Under the pieces are notes generated by a model. The model ran no database searches and was not told the DNA's origin. It saw only the letters and a program-made list of their open reading frames with translations. A stretch of 64,000 nucleotides of DNA from Candidatus Latescibacterota bacterium (lineage in GTDB: Bacteria > Latescibacterota > UBA2968 > UBA8231), in assembly GCA_965261395.1 (NCBI GenBank), contig OZ253462.1, positions 5,472,001 through 5,536,000 on the forward strand, read 5' to 3'. Position 1 is the first letter of the stretch. Each line of letters starts with the position of its first letter. Shown here in pieces: positions 8,940 through 17,513 of the stretch. The position numbers and the translations under genes are program-made.

Positions 8940-9804
8940 CTTCTCTCCAGGCCGGAATATCCCAAGAATTGTACCACTCCCACTCCCACTTGACCTTTTT
9001 GGCCGGCATCTCCACTTCGTATAGAACGGGTGCGGTAAAAGGCAGCAATTGGGCCTTGCCTCCTATCTGCTCCCGCAAATCTTCGAGGAAGGAGTTGACG
9101 TCGGTCAGATTGGGTGGCCAGTGACCGGCCGGAATCGGCTCGGACTGGCGATCGGTGCGGTAGTGGGTGGGAATGACGAATTTGGGCTGTACCGCATTGA
9201 TGAGCGGTCCCATCGGCGTCTTCATGTGCACCAAGTAGTCGACGCGACCGCGCAGATTCTCCAGCGGCGGATAGGCTCCGTGCAAATCCCCCGTGTGGAA
9301 AATAGCTACATCCCTTGCGGCATGGGTGACGAGGTACGCGCAAGTGGGCAGGTCGGGCCGGGCGCTTTCGCCGCTTTCGTACACTTCGACCTGAATCGGC
9401 CCTAGGTCGAACTCAAAGGGGCCGGGAAATTCGCGGCGGCCATAGCGCTCGACATCCTGGTATTTGGGATAAACTACTTGGACCTTGTCGGCGGGGATGT
9501 GCTTGGTGATGGGCAGGTCGCGCGCAAAAGCGGCGTCGCCGTATTTTTCGTCAACGGGTTCGTTGGGCGTCAGACAGCCAATGGGGACGAAGAGTTTTTT
9601 AAAGCGGTCGCCCGCGCAGAGCTTGCGCAGGCTCTTGGGATGACAATGGTCGAAGTGCTCGTGGCTGATAAAAATATAGTCGAATATCGGTTCGGCCCGT
9701 TCGAGATCCTCGCCGAAGAGATAGGGGTCGAAACACACGTTGATAGCGCCCAATAACGCCTCGAAGTGTCCACATCCGGCCCATCGCAGATAAATGCTCT
9801 CCAT
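8935..9804 (-). CDS. MBL-fold metallo-hydrolase (UlaG/beta-lactamase B-like)
   Basis: HxHxDH motif (SHEHFDH), FDPY, HTGD, IPTHY. Start moved to ATG 9804 (MESIYL), which has SD GGAGG. Confidence 0.85.
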   Translation of the reverse strand: MESIYLRWAGCGHFEALLGAINVCFDPYLFGEDLERAEPIFDYIFISHEHFDHCHPKSLRKLCAGDRFKKLFVPIGCLTPNEPVDEKYGDAAFARDLPITKHIPADKVQVVYPKYQDVERYGRREFPGPFEFDLGPIQVEVYESGESARPDLPTCAYLVTHAARDVAIFHTGDLHGAYPPLENLRGRVDYLVHMKTPMGPLINAVQPKFVIPTHYRTDRQSEPIPAGHWPPNLTDVNSFLEDLREQIGGKAQLLPFTAPVLYEVEMPAKKVKWEWEWYNSWDIPAWREE

Positions 9805-9829
9805 AGTATTCCCTCCTGTGGGATTCCGC

Positions 9830-11692
9830 TCAATACACAACTGCCACTAGTCCGCTGCTTTCCTCCCGTCCCTCGTCCGTATCCACCTGCACTCGGTAGA
9901 GATAGATGCCCGGTGCCACCACGCTCCCGCCATCCCCCTTGCCATCCCAGGTCCGAGCGTATTGGCCGCTGGTATCCGCTCCTCGATAGAGCTGGCGCAC
10001 CCGGCGACCCGCCAGATCGAATATGCCCACTTCCACCGCCCCGGTGCCGGCCAGTTCGAGCAGGATGTACTCGATATGGACCTGGTCGTTGACCCGGTCG
10101 TCATTGGGCGTGAATACCCGCGAACTGAGCACCAACTCACTGACGATCTCGCGGCCCAATTCAATCCCCACCGAGCGCTGGTTGCCGTCTAGGCGGAAGG
10201 TCGCATCTCCGTCCTCCACCAACTGCCCCACTTCCAGCGGGCGCTGACTGTCGAAGACCTGTGCGGCGAAGACCGTGCCAAAGCGGAATACCCGCCCCTT
10301 GAAGAAAACCTCCACCACGCGACCCGTCTTGCTCCGGTCCATGCGCGCCACTGCCAATACCAGCCGCTGGTCCGCCAATGGCTCGACGAGTCGCCAATCC
10401 TGCAATTCCTCGTTGACGCGCACCGAATCGACGCCGGTGAACTGTCCCGATGTCTCCAGCACCAAGCGATCAAAGCCGCTTTCGCCCCCGGAAAAATCTG
10501 GCCGCATGGCATAGACAAAGGCCGTCTCTTCCCCCGGCTTCACCTCAATCGGCCAGATCTCGCCGAGCACTCGCCCAGCCACTGGCGGCTGGGTGACGCG
10601 GAATTCGAGAAAATCAATGGCCGCACCATCCAGCCCACTAGGCGCGAAGTCCAATTGCATTTGGATGAATTGTCGGGGACCCGGCGAGGTGATCGGCGTG
10701 CCGAGGTTGTCGGCCCAATCGTAGGGCCCCGACCACGAACTCCAATTGTCCAGGTCCGTGGTGATTTCGGCTTTGTTGCCCTTCAGGTTGTTGTAGTCGG
10801 CCGCGGTCAAGGGCACGCCGCGGGCATTGCGGAAGGTCTTTTCCTCGCCGCGGCCGGTAAAGCGCCAGTAGCGGTTGGGATCTACCGTGTGGCCGCTGCG
10901 CGTGCGGAGGATCAATCTGGCACCGGTATCTTGGAAGCCCGACCAGCGGATCTCACCCAAGCTGGACGGCTGACCGAGGTCGAAGGCCCCGGAAGTGTAC
11001 AGGGCGCTGGATACGTAGCCCTCGCCATAGACTTCCAACTCGGCGATTTCCCAACCCTCTGTTTGGTGGACATTGAGTTGTATCTGGTCGAGAAGGCGGG
11101 GGACAAAGTTGATTTCGAGCCGCGGATTTCGGTTGTCGGTACCCCGCGCGATTACATTTTTGCCCTGTGGCCTTATCGTCCCCTTGGGCAATGAGTACAG
11201 GGTATAGCCCTCGATCAGGCGGTCGGGATGGTTCGGACGGGGATAGACGACGACCTGATTCACCAGGAAGCGACCACCCAGATCGAGGTACACCAGCGAC
11301 GACTCCGAGCGCGCGACTAGGACCGCCGGGTCGAGAAACGTGGTTGCGTCGCCGTCGGCGATCAAATCGATTTCTTCGCCTTTGGTGAGAAAATTGTACT
11401 TCCAACTGCCGGGACCGCCGCCCCGAGCAAAGGAAGATGCCGCCATATTCTCGTCCGCAGGGATGAATACAGGGGCGAGCCGTCCCTCATTGCCGACCTC
11501 CAAGCCGACCATCACGCCCTCGGCTCCCGCGGCGAAGTCCTCCCAACTCAACTGGACGAACTCCACACCCGGATTGCCCGCCAATTCAGGTTGCGGCATC
11601 CCATAGCCACCAACCCGATAAATGGTCAGCCCCCAAGACAAGGTCGGAGCCAGCAAAGACAGCAGAGTTAGGCGCAGCATCGCGGCTTTCAT
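9830..11692 (-). CDS. Secreted 'subfamily I' protein with C-terminal CTD/FlgD-Ig-like domain
   Basis: Signal peptide (SWG-LTIYRVGG); DLGGRFLVN; EIAELEVYGEGY; FTPNDDRVND; WDGKGDGG..APGIY; ends VAVVY. Close paralog of 17514..19352. Confidence 0.8.
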   Translation of the reverse strand: MKAAMLRLTLLSLLAPTLSWGLTIYRVGGYGMPQPELAGNPGVEFVQLSWEDFAAGAEGVMVGLEVGNEGRLAPVFIPADENMAASSFARGGGPGSWKYNFLTKGEEIDLIADGDATTFLDPAVLVARSESSLVYLDLGGRFLVNQVVVYPRPNHPDRLIEGYTLYSLPKGTIRPQGKNVIARGTDNRNPRLEINFVPRLLDQIQLNVHQTEGWEIAELEVYGEGYVSSALYTSGAFDLGQPSSLGEIRWSGFQDTGARLILRTRSGHTVDPNRYWRFTGRGEEKTFRNARGVPLTAADYNNLKGNKAEITTDLDNWSSWSGPYDWADNLGTPITSPGPRQFIQMQLDFAPSGLDGAAIDFLEFRVTQPPVAGRVLGEIWPIEVKPGEETAFVYAMRPDFSGGESGFDRLVLETSGQFTGVDSVRVNEELQDWRLVEPLADQRLVLAVARMDRSKTGRVVEVFFKGRVFRFGTVFAAQVFDSQRPLEVGQLVEDGDATFRLDGNQRSVGIELGREIVSELVLSSRVFTPNDDRVNDQVHIEYILLELAGTGAVEVGIFDLAGRRVRQLYRGADTSGQYARTWDGKGDGGSVVAPGIYLYRVQVDTDEGREESSGLVAVVY

Positions 11693-11710
11693 ACCATACT
11701 TATTGGGCTA

Positions 11711-11752
11711 AAATGCGCTGTCTGGCGTACCGAGATGGTGCGCCAGACAGCG
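11711..11752 (-). terminator. Probable intrinsic terminator downstream of 11780..12670
   Basis: 16-bp stem cgctgtctggcgtacc / ggtgcgccagacagcg (one mismatch) with a 5-nt loop, followed by CATTTT on the minus strand. Confidence 0.65.
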
Positions 11753-11779
11753 AAAACAACACCAGAGATGAAGGATAGC

Positions 11780-12670
11780 TTAATTGACGAAACCGGTCTT
11801 GATCCGGCCCCAGGTCGTAGCTTCAACCGCAGAGGGTACCGCGCCGAAGCCAACGCTCTCATCAATGGGCGACAAGAAGAAGTCGCTGCAGCCATCGGCG
11901 TTCCTAAAGCCAATGTCGCTCTGGCTCAGGTTGTAGAAAGCGTCCCAACCGCTGCACTCTTCGCCTTCGCGGGCATGGCGGCAGCCGACATCGTAATCCA
12001 TCCAGTTGTAGTGGATGCCGATTATATTGCTCTCTTGCATCTCGTGGAGGATCGACTCGCCGGGGCCAGCGGGATTGATGTCGTCGGTGGGTGCCAAGCG
12101 GATTTCCAACCAGGTCGTCCCCGGTCCGTAGAGTTCGCCCTCAAAGGTGGCCACCGCATTGTACCAGCCCTCCTCGGGCAGCCAAGTCGCCGCGCCCCAG
12201 AAGAAGTGGACAATTTCCGAGCCTAACAACGTGTCGCCGATATTGTTGTAGGTCTCGGTCTGATAGCACTGAGAGCCGTCCAAACGCTCATCACCCGGAT
12301 AGCACTCACCCCCGCTGTGGTCGCCATCGAGGAGGATCTGCCAGGTATCGCCCGGCCGGTTGATGTCGTCGAATACTTGGCTGTAAAAATAGAGCCGGTT
12401 GGTCCCCAAGCTGTAGGTCACCGTGGCTTTGGCGTCGAAATTTGACGCGTCTATTTCCCGGCCACCTTGGGTGTCGGGAAACTGCTCGGTGGTCTGCCAG
12501 TACGCTTCGGGGACGATATCGTACTCACTGCCGACGCCGTCCAGTACGGGCTCGAGGCCCGGTGGCCACTGGAAGGCCGGAAAAATGGCGCCTTCGGGCG
12601 AATGCGCCGAAATATTGACCGCGAGGCCCAAAGTAAGAGCCAAAGCAGCCGTCGTAATGCGACGTGTCAT
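11780..12670 (-). CDS. Secreted CBM9/DOMON-like protein with C-terminal 'AVExxTWGxIK' motif
   Basis: Start at ATG 12670 (MTRRITT) with SD AGGA; signal peptide ending ISA-H; PVLDG, RLYFYSQVFDD, LDGDHSGG; ends SAVEATTWGRIKTGFVN. Paralog of 38778..39758. Confidence 0.7.
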   Translation of the reverse strand: MTRRITTAALALTLGLAVNISAHSPEGAIFPAFQWPPGLEPVLDGVGSEYDIVPEAYWQTTEQFPDTQGGREIDASNFDAKATVTYSLGTNRLYFYSQVFDDINRPGDTWQILLDGDHSGGECYPGDERLDGSQCYQTETYNNIGDTLLGSEIVHFFWGAATWLPEEGWYNAVATFEGELYGPGTTWLEIRLAPTDDINPAGPGESILHEMQESNIIGIHYNWMDYDVGCRHAREGEECSGWDAFYNLSQSDIGFRNADGCSDFFLSPIDESVGFGAVPSAVEATTWGRIKTGFVN

Positions 12671-12815
12671 GTTTGTTCCTTTCTCGTGAAACGATAAAAT
12701 TTGCGTTCTAACTGGAATACTTCCCTGATCCTGATGCGTTCCCCTCCTTTCTGCGATCAAGTTGGACAAAAGCCGACTTTGTTGGGATTTCCCAACCTTT
12801 TATTACTCCAACAGC

Positions 12816-12845
12816 AAGGTACTAAATTTGAAAATTGAAAATCAA
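12816..12845 (-). promoter_or_regulatory. Possible sigma70 promoter for 11780..12670
   Basis: Minus strand TTGATT-N18-TACCTT in an AT-rich intergenic region. Confidence 0.4.
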
Positions 12846-13037
12846 GCAAAATAAAAGACCTGCGCTTGGGCAGCAGCCGAGGGAAGGCAAGCCCATCGCG
12901 CACCAACCAGCGCTTCACCGCGCCTTTAGGTGTGACTAAAACGCCCGTTTGCTGCCGCCTTTGATTGGTTATAGTTTGCTCACCCGCGGCCCAGCTCACT
13001 CGACTGCCACCCACTTGAGTCTGCAAAGGAACCACCT

Positions 13038-14735
13038 ATGTACCGCACCCTTGTTTCAATGCTGTGTTTGGCGCTTAGTTGGGCTCTGTCTGCCTGTACC
13101 CCACAAGACCAACCCCCCGCGCCGGAGCAAGCCGCCCCGCAAATCGCCGTCGCCCAAGTCGGCGGCGATTCTATCTTTACAGTTGAAGTAGAGCGTCTTA
13201 TTGCCTTGTTAGGCCCCGGCTTAAAATCCAAAGAGAGCGGCGATGCTGCACGCCGCGACTATCTGCAATCGCTTATAGACCAGAAACTGCTGGCCCGCGC
13301 GGCCCGCGCCCACGGCTTAGACACGGTGCTGACCTTCAAGAACAAACTCGCCTGGAAGTTTCGCGAAAAGGTCATCAACACCTACCAAGGCGTCAAAATC
13401 AGCGCCCGGATCGAAATCTCCGATGAGGAACTTGAGGAGCTTTTTGTTGCGGGCGACTTCCAGCGCGAAAAGCGCTTGCTCCGCCTCTTGGTCAAAACCC
13501 GCGACGAAGCAATGGAATTGCGCCGACAGATAGCCACCGCCGACGACTTCGCCTCCCTAGCCCGGGCCCATTCACTCGACCTGCAATCCGCCGAGCATGG
13601 CGGCGATTTGGGCTATGTCAACCGCGTCGGTGCCGCCAATCACGGCATCCCCGTCCAGGTCTTTGCCAACTTAGAGCCAGGCTCCCTAACCGAAATCCTA
13701 CCCCTGAGCAAAAATTACCAGTTGATTTTCTGCACCGCCGAACGCCGTGCCGATTTCGCTCAATACCGCCGGGACTTATACAAAGATGTGTGGAAAGAGC
13801 GCTTTGTCGCCGAGCACCAGGCTTTGATCGAGGAATTGGCGACTTCCTTGAATTTGCGCCTGCACTCCGCTGGTGTGGCCGTCCTTATGGCCCAAGACCC
13901 CGCGGTCGAGCCCTATCCCACACTCGCCCCCAAGGAAGGTTCGGCACCGCTGTTTATTTTTGACGGCGGCCGCATAACCGCGACTCACTACATTGAATCT
14001 TTCCGCCGCAGTGGGCAGGTGCCGGCCCTGGACGACAGCCTGCAAATAATCCGCGCGGCCTGGAAATTGCCCATTCCCAAGACGCTGGTCTGGCACGCGG
14101 CCAAAGAGGCTGGCCACACCGAAAGCCCTGCCATGCGCTACTGGAAGCAGCGCAAAACCGAGGAAATGCTCATCCTCGCCCTGCGCCAGAGCGAGATCGG
14201 CGACAAAATAACCATAACCGATGCGGCAGTGGCCCAGTACTACCAAGACTATCGGGAACAATTTCGCACCCCGGTGGAAATGTGGTTAGACGAACTCCTA
14301 GTGGACGACCACGACCAAGCTAAGGCCCTGCGCCAGCGTCTAGACCGCGGCGAAACCATAGCCGATTTGGCCTCCCTGAGCCAGCGCCACGGGGGGCCCG
14401 ACGGCCGGGGGAAAATTCACCTCCACTCGTATCAAAAAGGAATCTACGGCGCGCTAGTGGATCGTGCTTTGACAGCCGAAATCGGTGCTTTGGTCGACCC
14501 GATAGCGGTGCCCGGCGGATATTCCATCTTCCGCCTCAAAGAGCGCAGCGGCGGGGAAATTGCCCCTTTAAAAGCGGTGCATAAGCGCATAGCGGCGATC
14601 TTGCGCGTCATAGAGCAGGAACGGCGTTTCAACGAATTGGTCGCCCGCTACAGAGAGGAATACGCCGACCAAGTGCGCATCTTTGAAGAAGCAATTCCGC
14701 AAATCCAGCTCGACCCGCCCGCGCCTTCTAGCTGA
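13038..14735 (+). CDS. Lipoprotein peptidyl-prolyl cis-trans isomerase (SurA/PrsA-like, two PpiC domains)
   Basis: Lipobox LSAC; FASLARAHSLD..SAEHGGDLG; second rotamase-like domain ending GYSIFRL; SD AGGA. Confidence 0.85.
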   Translation: MYRTLVSMLCLALSWALSACTPQDQPPAPEQAAPQIAVAQVGGDSIFTVEVERLIALLGPGLKSKESGDAARRDYLQSLIDQKLLARAARAHGLDTVLTFKNKLAWKFREKVINTYQGVKISARIEISDEELEELFVAGDFQREKRLLRLLVKTRDEAMELRRQIATADDFASLARAHSLDLQSAEHGGDLGYVNRVGAANHGIPVQVFANLEPGSLTEILPLSKNYQLIFCTAERRADFAQYRRDLYKDVWKERFVAEHQALIEELATSLNLRLHSAGVAVLMAQDPAVEPYPTLAPKEGSAPLFIFDGGRITATHYIESFRRSGQVPALDDSLQIIRAAWKLPIPKTLVWHAAKEAGHTESPAMRYWKQRKTEEMLILALRQSEIGDKITITDAAVAQYYQDYREQFRTPVEMWLDELLVDDHDQAKALRQRLDRGETIADLASLSQRHGGPDGRGKIHLHSYQKGIYGALVDRALTAEIGALVDPIAVPGGYSIFRLKERSGGEIAPLKAVHKRIAAILRVIEQERRFNELVARYREEYADQVRIFEEAIPQIQLDPPAPSS

Positions 14736-14737
14736 AG

Positions 14738-16414
14738 CTAAGGGTCGCGGTCCACCACCTCCACATAGCGTCCGGTCGGCAGCCCCTGCAACACCTGCCG
14801 CCGCCCCGAAGGCCAGCGGATTTCCACCTGCTCCACCTCTGCCACCGGTCCTAGGCCAAACAACAAGCGCGGGTCGTTTTGGGCTTGGAAACTGTACCCT
14901 CGATGGACCTCCCGCACTTGTTCGCTGCCGCCGGCCCGTACTCGCACCTCGGCACCAATGGCTATCCGCCCCTCGGCACCCACCAGCCGCAGACCCAACC
15001 AGCGGTTGTCCGTCTCGCTGTCATTGCGCAGTAGGATCGGCGTATCGTTCAAGTTCATAATGAAAATATCGACATCGCCGTCGTTGTCGTAATCGCCCAC
15101 GGCTGCGGCGCGGCTCACTTGCTGCAACTCCCACCCGGCCCCGCTCTGCTCTCCCACCTCCCTGAACCGCCCACCTTCGTTGCGGTAGAGCAAATTGCGC
15201 TGCGCGTAGCGCAAATCGGCGTAGCTCTGGTCCAGTTGCGGATAGACGTGCCCGTTGGCGACGAACAAGTCGAGCCAACCGTCCCGATCGAAATCGACAA
15301 AGGCCGTTCCCCAGCCCAAATAGGGCCCCTCAATCTGGCCCAAGCCAACCTCGCGGGTGCAATCCCGAAAGCGCCAAGGCCCCTCGTTGCAGTACAGGGT
15401 ATTGAGCTCTTCTGAAAAGTGCGTCGCAAAGAGATCGAGATCGCCGTCGTTGTCAAAATCGCCGGCGTGCAACCCCATGCTGGCTTGCGGCAAACCGTCG
15501 CCGCTGTACGCGGCTCCGGCCTGGACGGCCACTTGGGCCAAGCGCCAGTCGCCGTCGTTGCGCCAGAGCAGGTTGGGTTCGGTGTCATTGGCCACGTACA
15601 GGTCGAGATCGCCGTCGCGGTCCAAGTCGTTGAAGACGACCCCCAGCGCCGGGTAGCGCCGGGTGCCGACTCCGGTGGAATCGCTCATGTCCCGAAACGT
15701 TCCATCGCCCCGGTTGCGGTAGATCCGGTCCGCCTGTCGGCTGGCGTATTCTGGCCCGCAGTACACGTACAGCCCTTTGTAGTGGCATTTAGAGCCACCC
15801 GCGGGCGGATTGTCCAAGTCGAATTCGAGGTAATTGGTCACGTATAGATCGAGCCACCCATCCCCGTCAACATCCCCGAAGGCAGCGCTGGAGCCCCAGC
15901 GCCCGTCATCCACACCGGCAGCAGCGGCCACTTCGGCAAAGCGACCCGCGCCGTCGTTGCGCCAGAGTTGGTTGGGGCCCCAATACGTGACGTATAGATC
16001 GACATCGCCGTCGTTGTCGTAGTCCCCCGCAGCGCATCCCATACCCCAGCCCCCCATGCCTAAATCGGCTTCCGCTTGGCGGAAAACCCGCGCCCCGCCA
16101 GCGCCCGGCTCATTGTGGAAAAGCCGATTGCGCGCGTCCTCGGGCTGGTATTCCAACCGCGTTCCGTTGACGACGAAAAGATCTAGGAAACCGTCGTTGT
16201 CGTAGTCGAGAAAAGCCGCCCCGGTGGACATGGACTCGAGGACGTAATTCTGTTCTGGGCTGCCGGAGACGTTCCTGAAGTCCAGCCCTGCTTCTCGGCT
16301 GACATCGACGAAGTGGAAAGGAGGAGGCGGCTCGCTCTGTTCCCGCCCGGATTGCGCTTGGCAGCCCAGTAGAATGGCCGACAGTACCAAGGCAACCCCT
16401 TTGTGCGTGAGCAT
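14738..16414 (-). CDS. CRTAC1-family protein (FG-GAP/VCBS repeats plus ASPIC-UnbV), probable lipoprotein
   Basis: Repeated GDYDNDGDxDL motifs; lipobox LLGC; C-terminal AIGAEVRV..LLFGLG..IRWPSG. Start placed at ATG 16414 to avoid overlap with the upstream gene. Confidence 0.9.
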   Translation of the reverse strand: MLTHKGVALVLSAILLGCQAQSGREQSEPPPPFHFVDVSREAGLDFRNVSGSPEQNYVLESMSTGAAFLDYDNDGFLDLFVVNGTRLEYQPEDARNRLFHNEPGAGGARVFRQAEADLGMGGWGMGCAAGDYDNDGDVDLYVTYWGPNQLWRNDGAGRFAEVAAAAGVDDGRWGSSAAFGDVDGDGWLDLYVTNYLEFDLDNPPAGGSKCHYKGLYVYCGPEYASRQADRIYRNRGDGTFRDMSDSTGVGTRRYPALGVVFNDLDRDGDLDLYVANDTEPNLLWRNDGDWRLAQVAVQAGAAYSGDGLPQASMGLHAGDFDNDGDLDLFATHFSEELNTLYCNEGPWRFRDCTREVGLGQIEGPYLGWGTAFVDFDRDGWLDLFVANGHVYPQLDQSYADLRYAQRNLLYRNEGGRFREVGEQSGAGWELQQVSRAAAVGDYDNDGDVDIFIMNLNDTPILLRNDSETDNRWLGLRLVGAEGRIAIGAEVRVRAGGSEQVREVHRGYSFQAQNDPRLLFGLGPVAEVEQVEIRWPSGRRQVLQGLPTGRYVEVVDRDP

Positions 16415-16439
16415 CGGCCCGGGCCTCGAAAGCGCCGGC

Positions 16440-17366
16440 CTAGGGCACGTACTCGTGTAGATCCGCGATCCAGTTGTACCCTGCTCGGTCTTCCCACTTG
16501 TGGGCCCCACCCATGACGAAAATTCGCGCGCCAACATTCGCGGTGGCCATCCAGGCTTTTTTTACCGGCATGGGGGTCTCGCTGGACCAAGTGCCGGCGT
16601 CAATATCATACACTTCGACCTCGGTGTGATAGGGCGCTGATCCGCCCCAGCCGCCAAAAACATAGATCTTGCGCCCCACGGCCAAACAGCCCGGATCGCA
16701 GCGCGGCGTAGGGATGGGCGGCAGCGGTGACCAACCGCCGGTATCTGGGTCAAATACATTGCAGTCGGGCCGAGGTCCGTCGCCGCCAATCCCGGTCGCA
16801 ACGTAGATCTTGTCGTCCACCACGGCGACTCCAGGCCCTTGGACTGCTTTGGGCAGGGGCACCCCCAAGGTCCAGCGGGCCGTGGCCGGATCGAAGACCT
16901 CGACGCGGTCTAGGTGCCGCTGGCCGATTGCTGGCTCGGCGTTCATACTGTTGCCGCCGACCGCGTAGATCTTCCCCTTACAGACAACGGCCACCAGACC
17001 GGCTCGGGGTTTGCTCAGGGGCGCGGCTGCGGACCAAGTCTGCGTCTTTAGATTCAAAATCTCGACGCTGTCGCGGATTTCAAAGTGGTAGTCGTCGCCG
17101 GTTTGCTGCTTTTCCTCCTCCGAGCGCACCCGCTTGCCACCGCAGGCGTAAATCTCGTCGCCAATCCGCGCCGCGCCGAACCACCCCCGCTGCGTGGGAA
17201 TGGGCGGTCCCGGCCGCCAAGTGTCGCTGGCCACGTCGTAGATCTCAACCGCGTGGACCGTCTGGTCGCCGGCCCCGGAAATGGCATAGATCTCGCCGTC
17301 CACAGCAATGGCCTGCAGGTCGTGCCGATTGGTCGGCATCGGTGCTTTTTCGATCCACACTCCCAT
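16440..17366 (-). CDS. Kelch-repeat beta-propeller protein (cytoplasmic)
   Basis: Six repeats of (G/D)xIY(A/V)xGG...VEVYD....W; SD AGGAGG; no signal peptide. Confidence 0.9.
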   Translation of the reverse strand: MGVWIEKAPMPTNRHDLQAIAVDGEIYAISGAGDQTVHAVEIYDVASDTWRPGPPIPTQRGWFGAARIGDEIYACGGKRVRSEEEKQQTGDDYHFEIRDSVEILNLKTQTWSAAAPLSKPRAGLVAVVCKGKIYAVGGNSMNAEPAIGQRHLDRVEVFDPATARWTLGVPLPKAVQGPGVAVVDDKIYVATGIGGDGPRPDCNVFDPDTGGWSPLPPIPTPRCDPGCLAVGRKIYVFGGWGGSAPYHTEVEVYDIDAGTWSSETPMPVKKAWMATANVGARIFVMGGAHKWEDRAGYNWIADLHEYVP

Positions 17367-17456
17367 GTGATCCTCCTAATGTGCTCGTTGCAGTTAGACT
17401 TATCTGGGAAAGATAGGCCAAGCAACGACTAGCTCCAACAGCCGCGCACCCCGCAG

Positions 17457-17485
17457 TTGTCCCACCGTCCGAACCGTTTTATAAT
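17457..17485 (+). promoter_or_regulatory. Sigma70-type promoter for 17514..19352
   Basis: TTGTCC-N17-TATAAT, 28 nt upstream of the ATG. Confidence 0.6.
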
Positions 17486-17513
17486 GGGGCCATCCCCAAT
17501 GGAGTGCAGCGAC

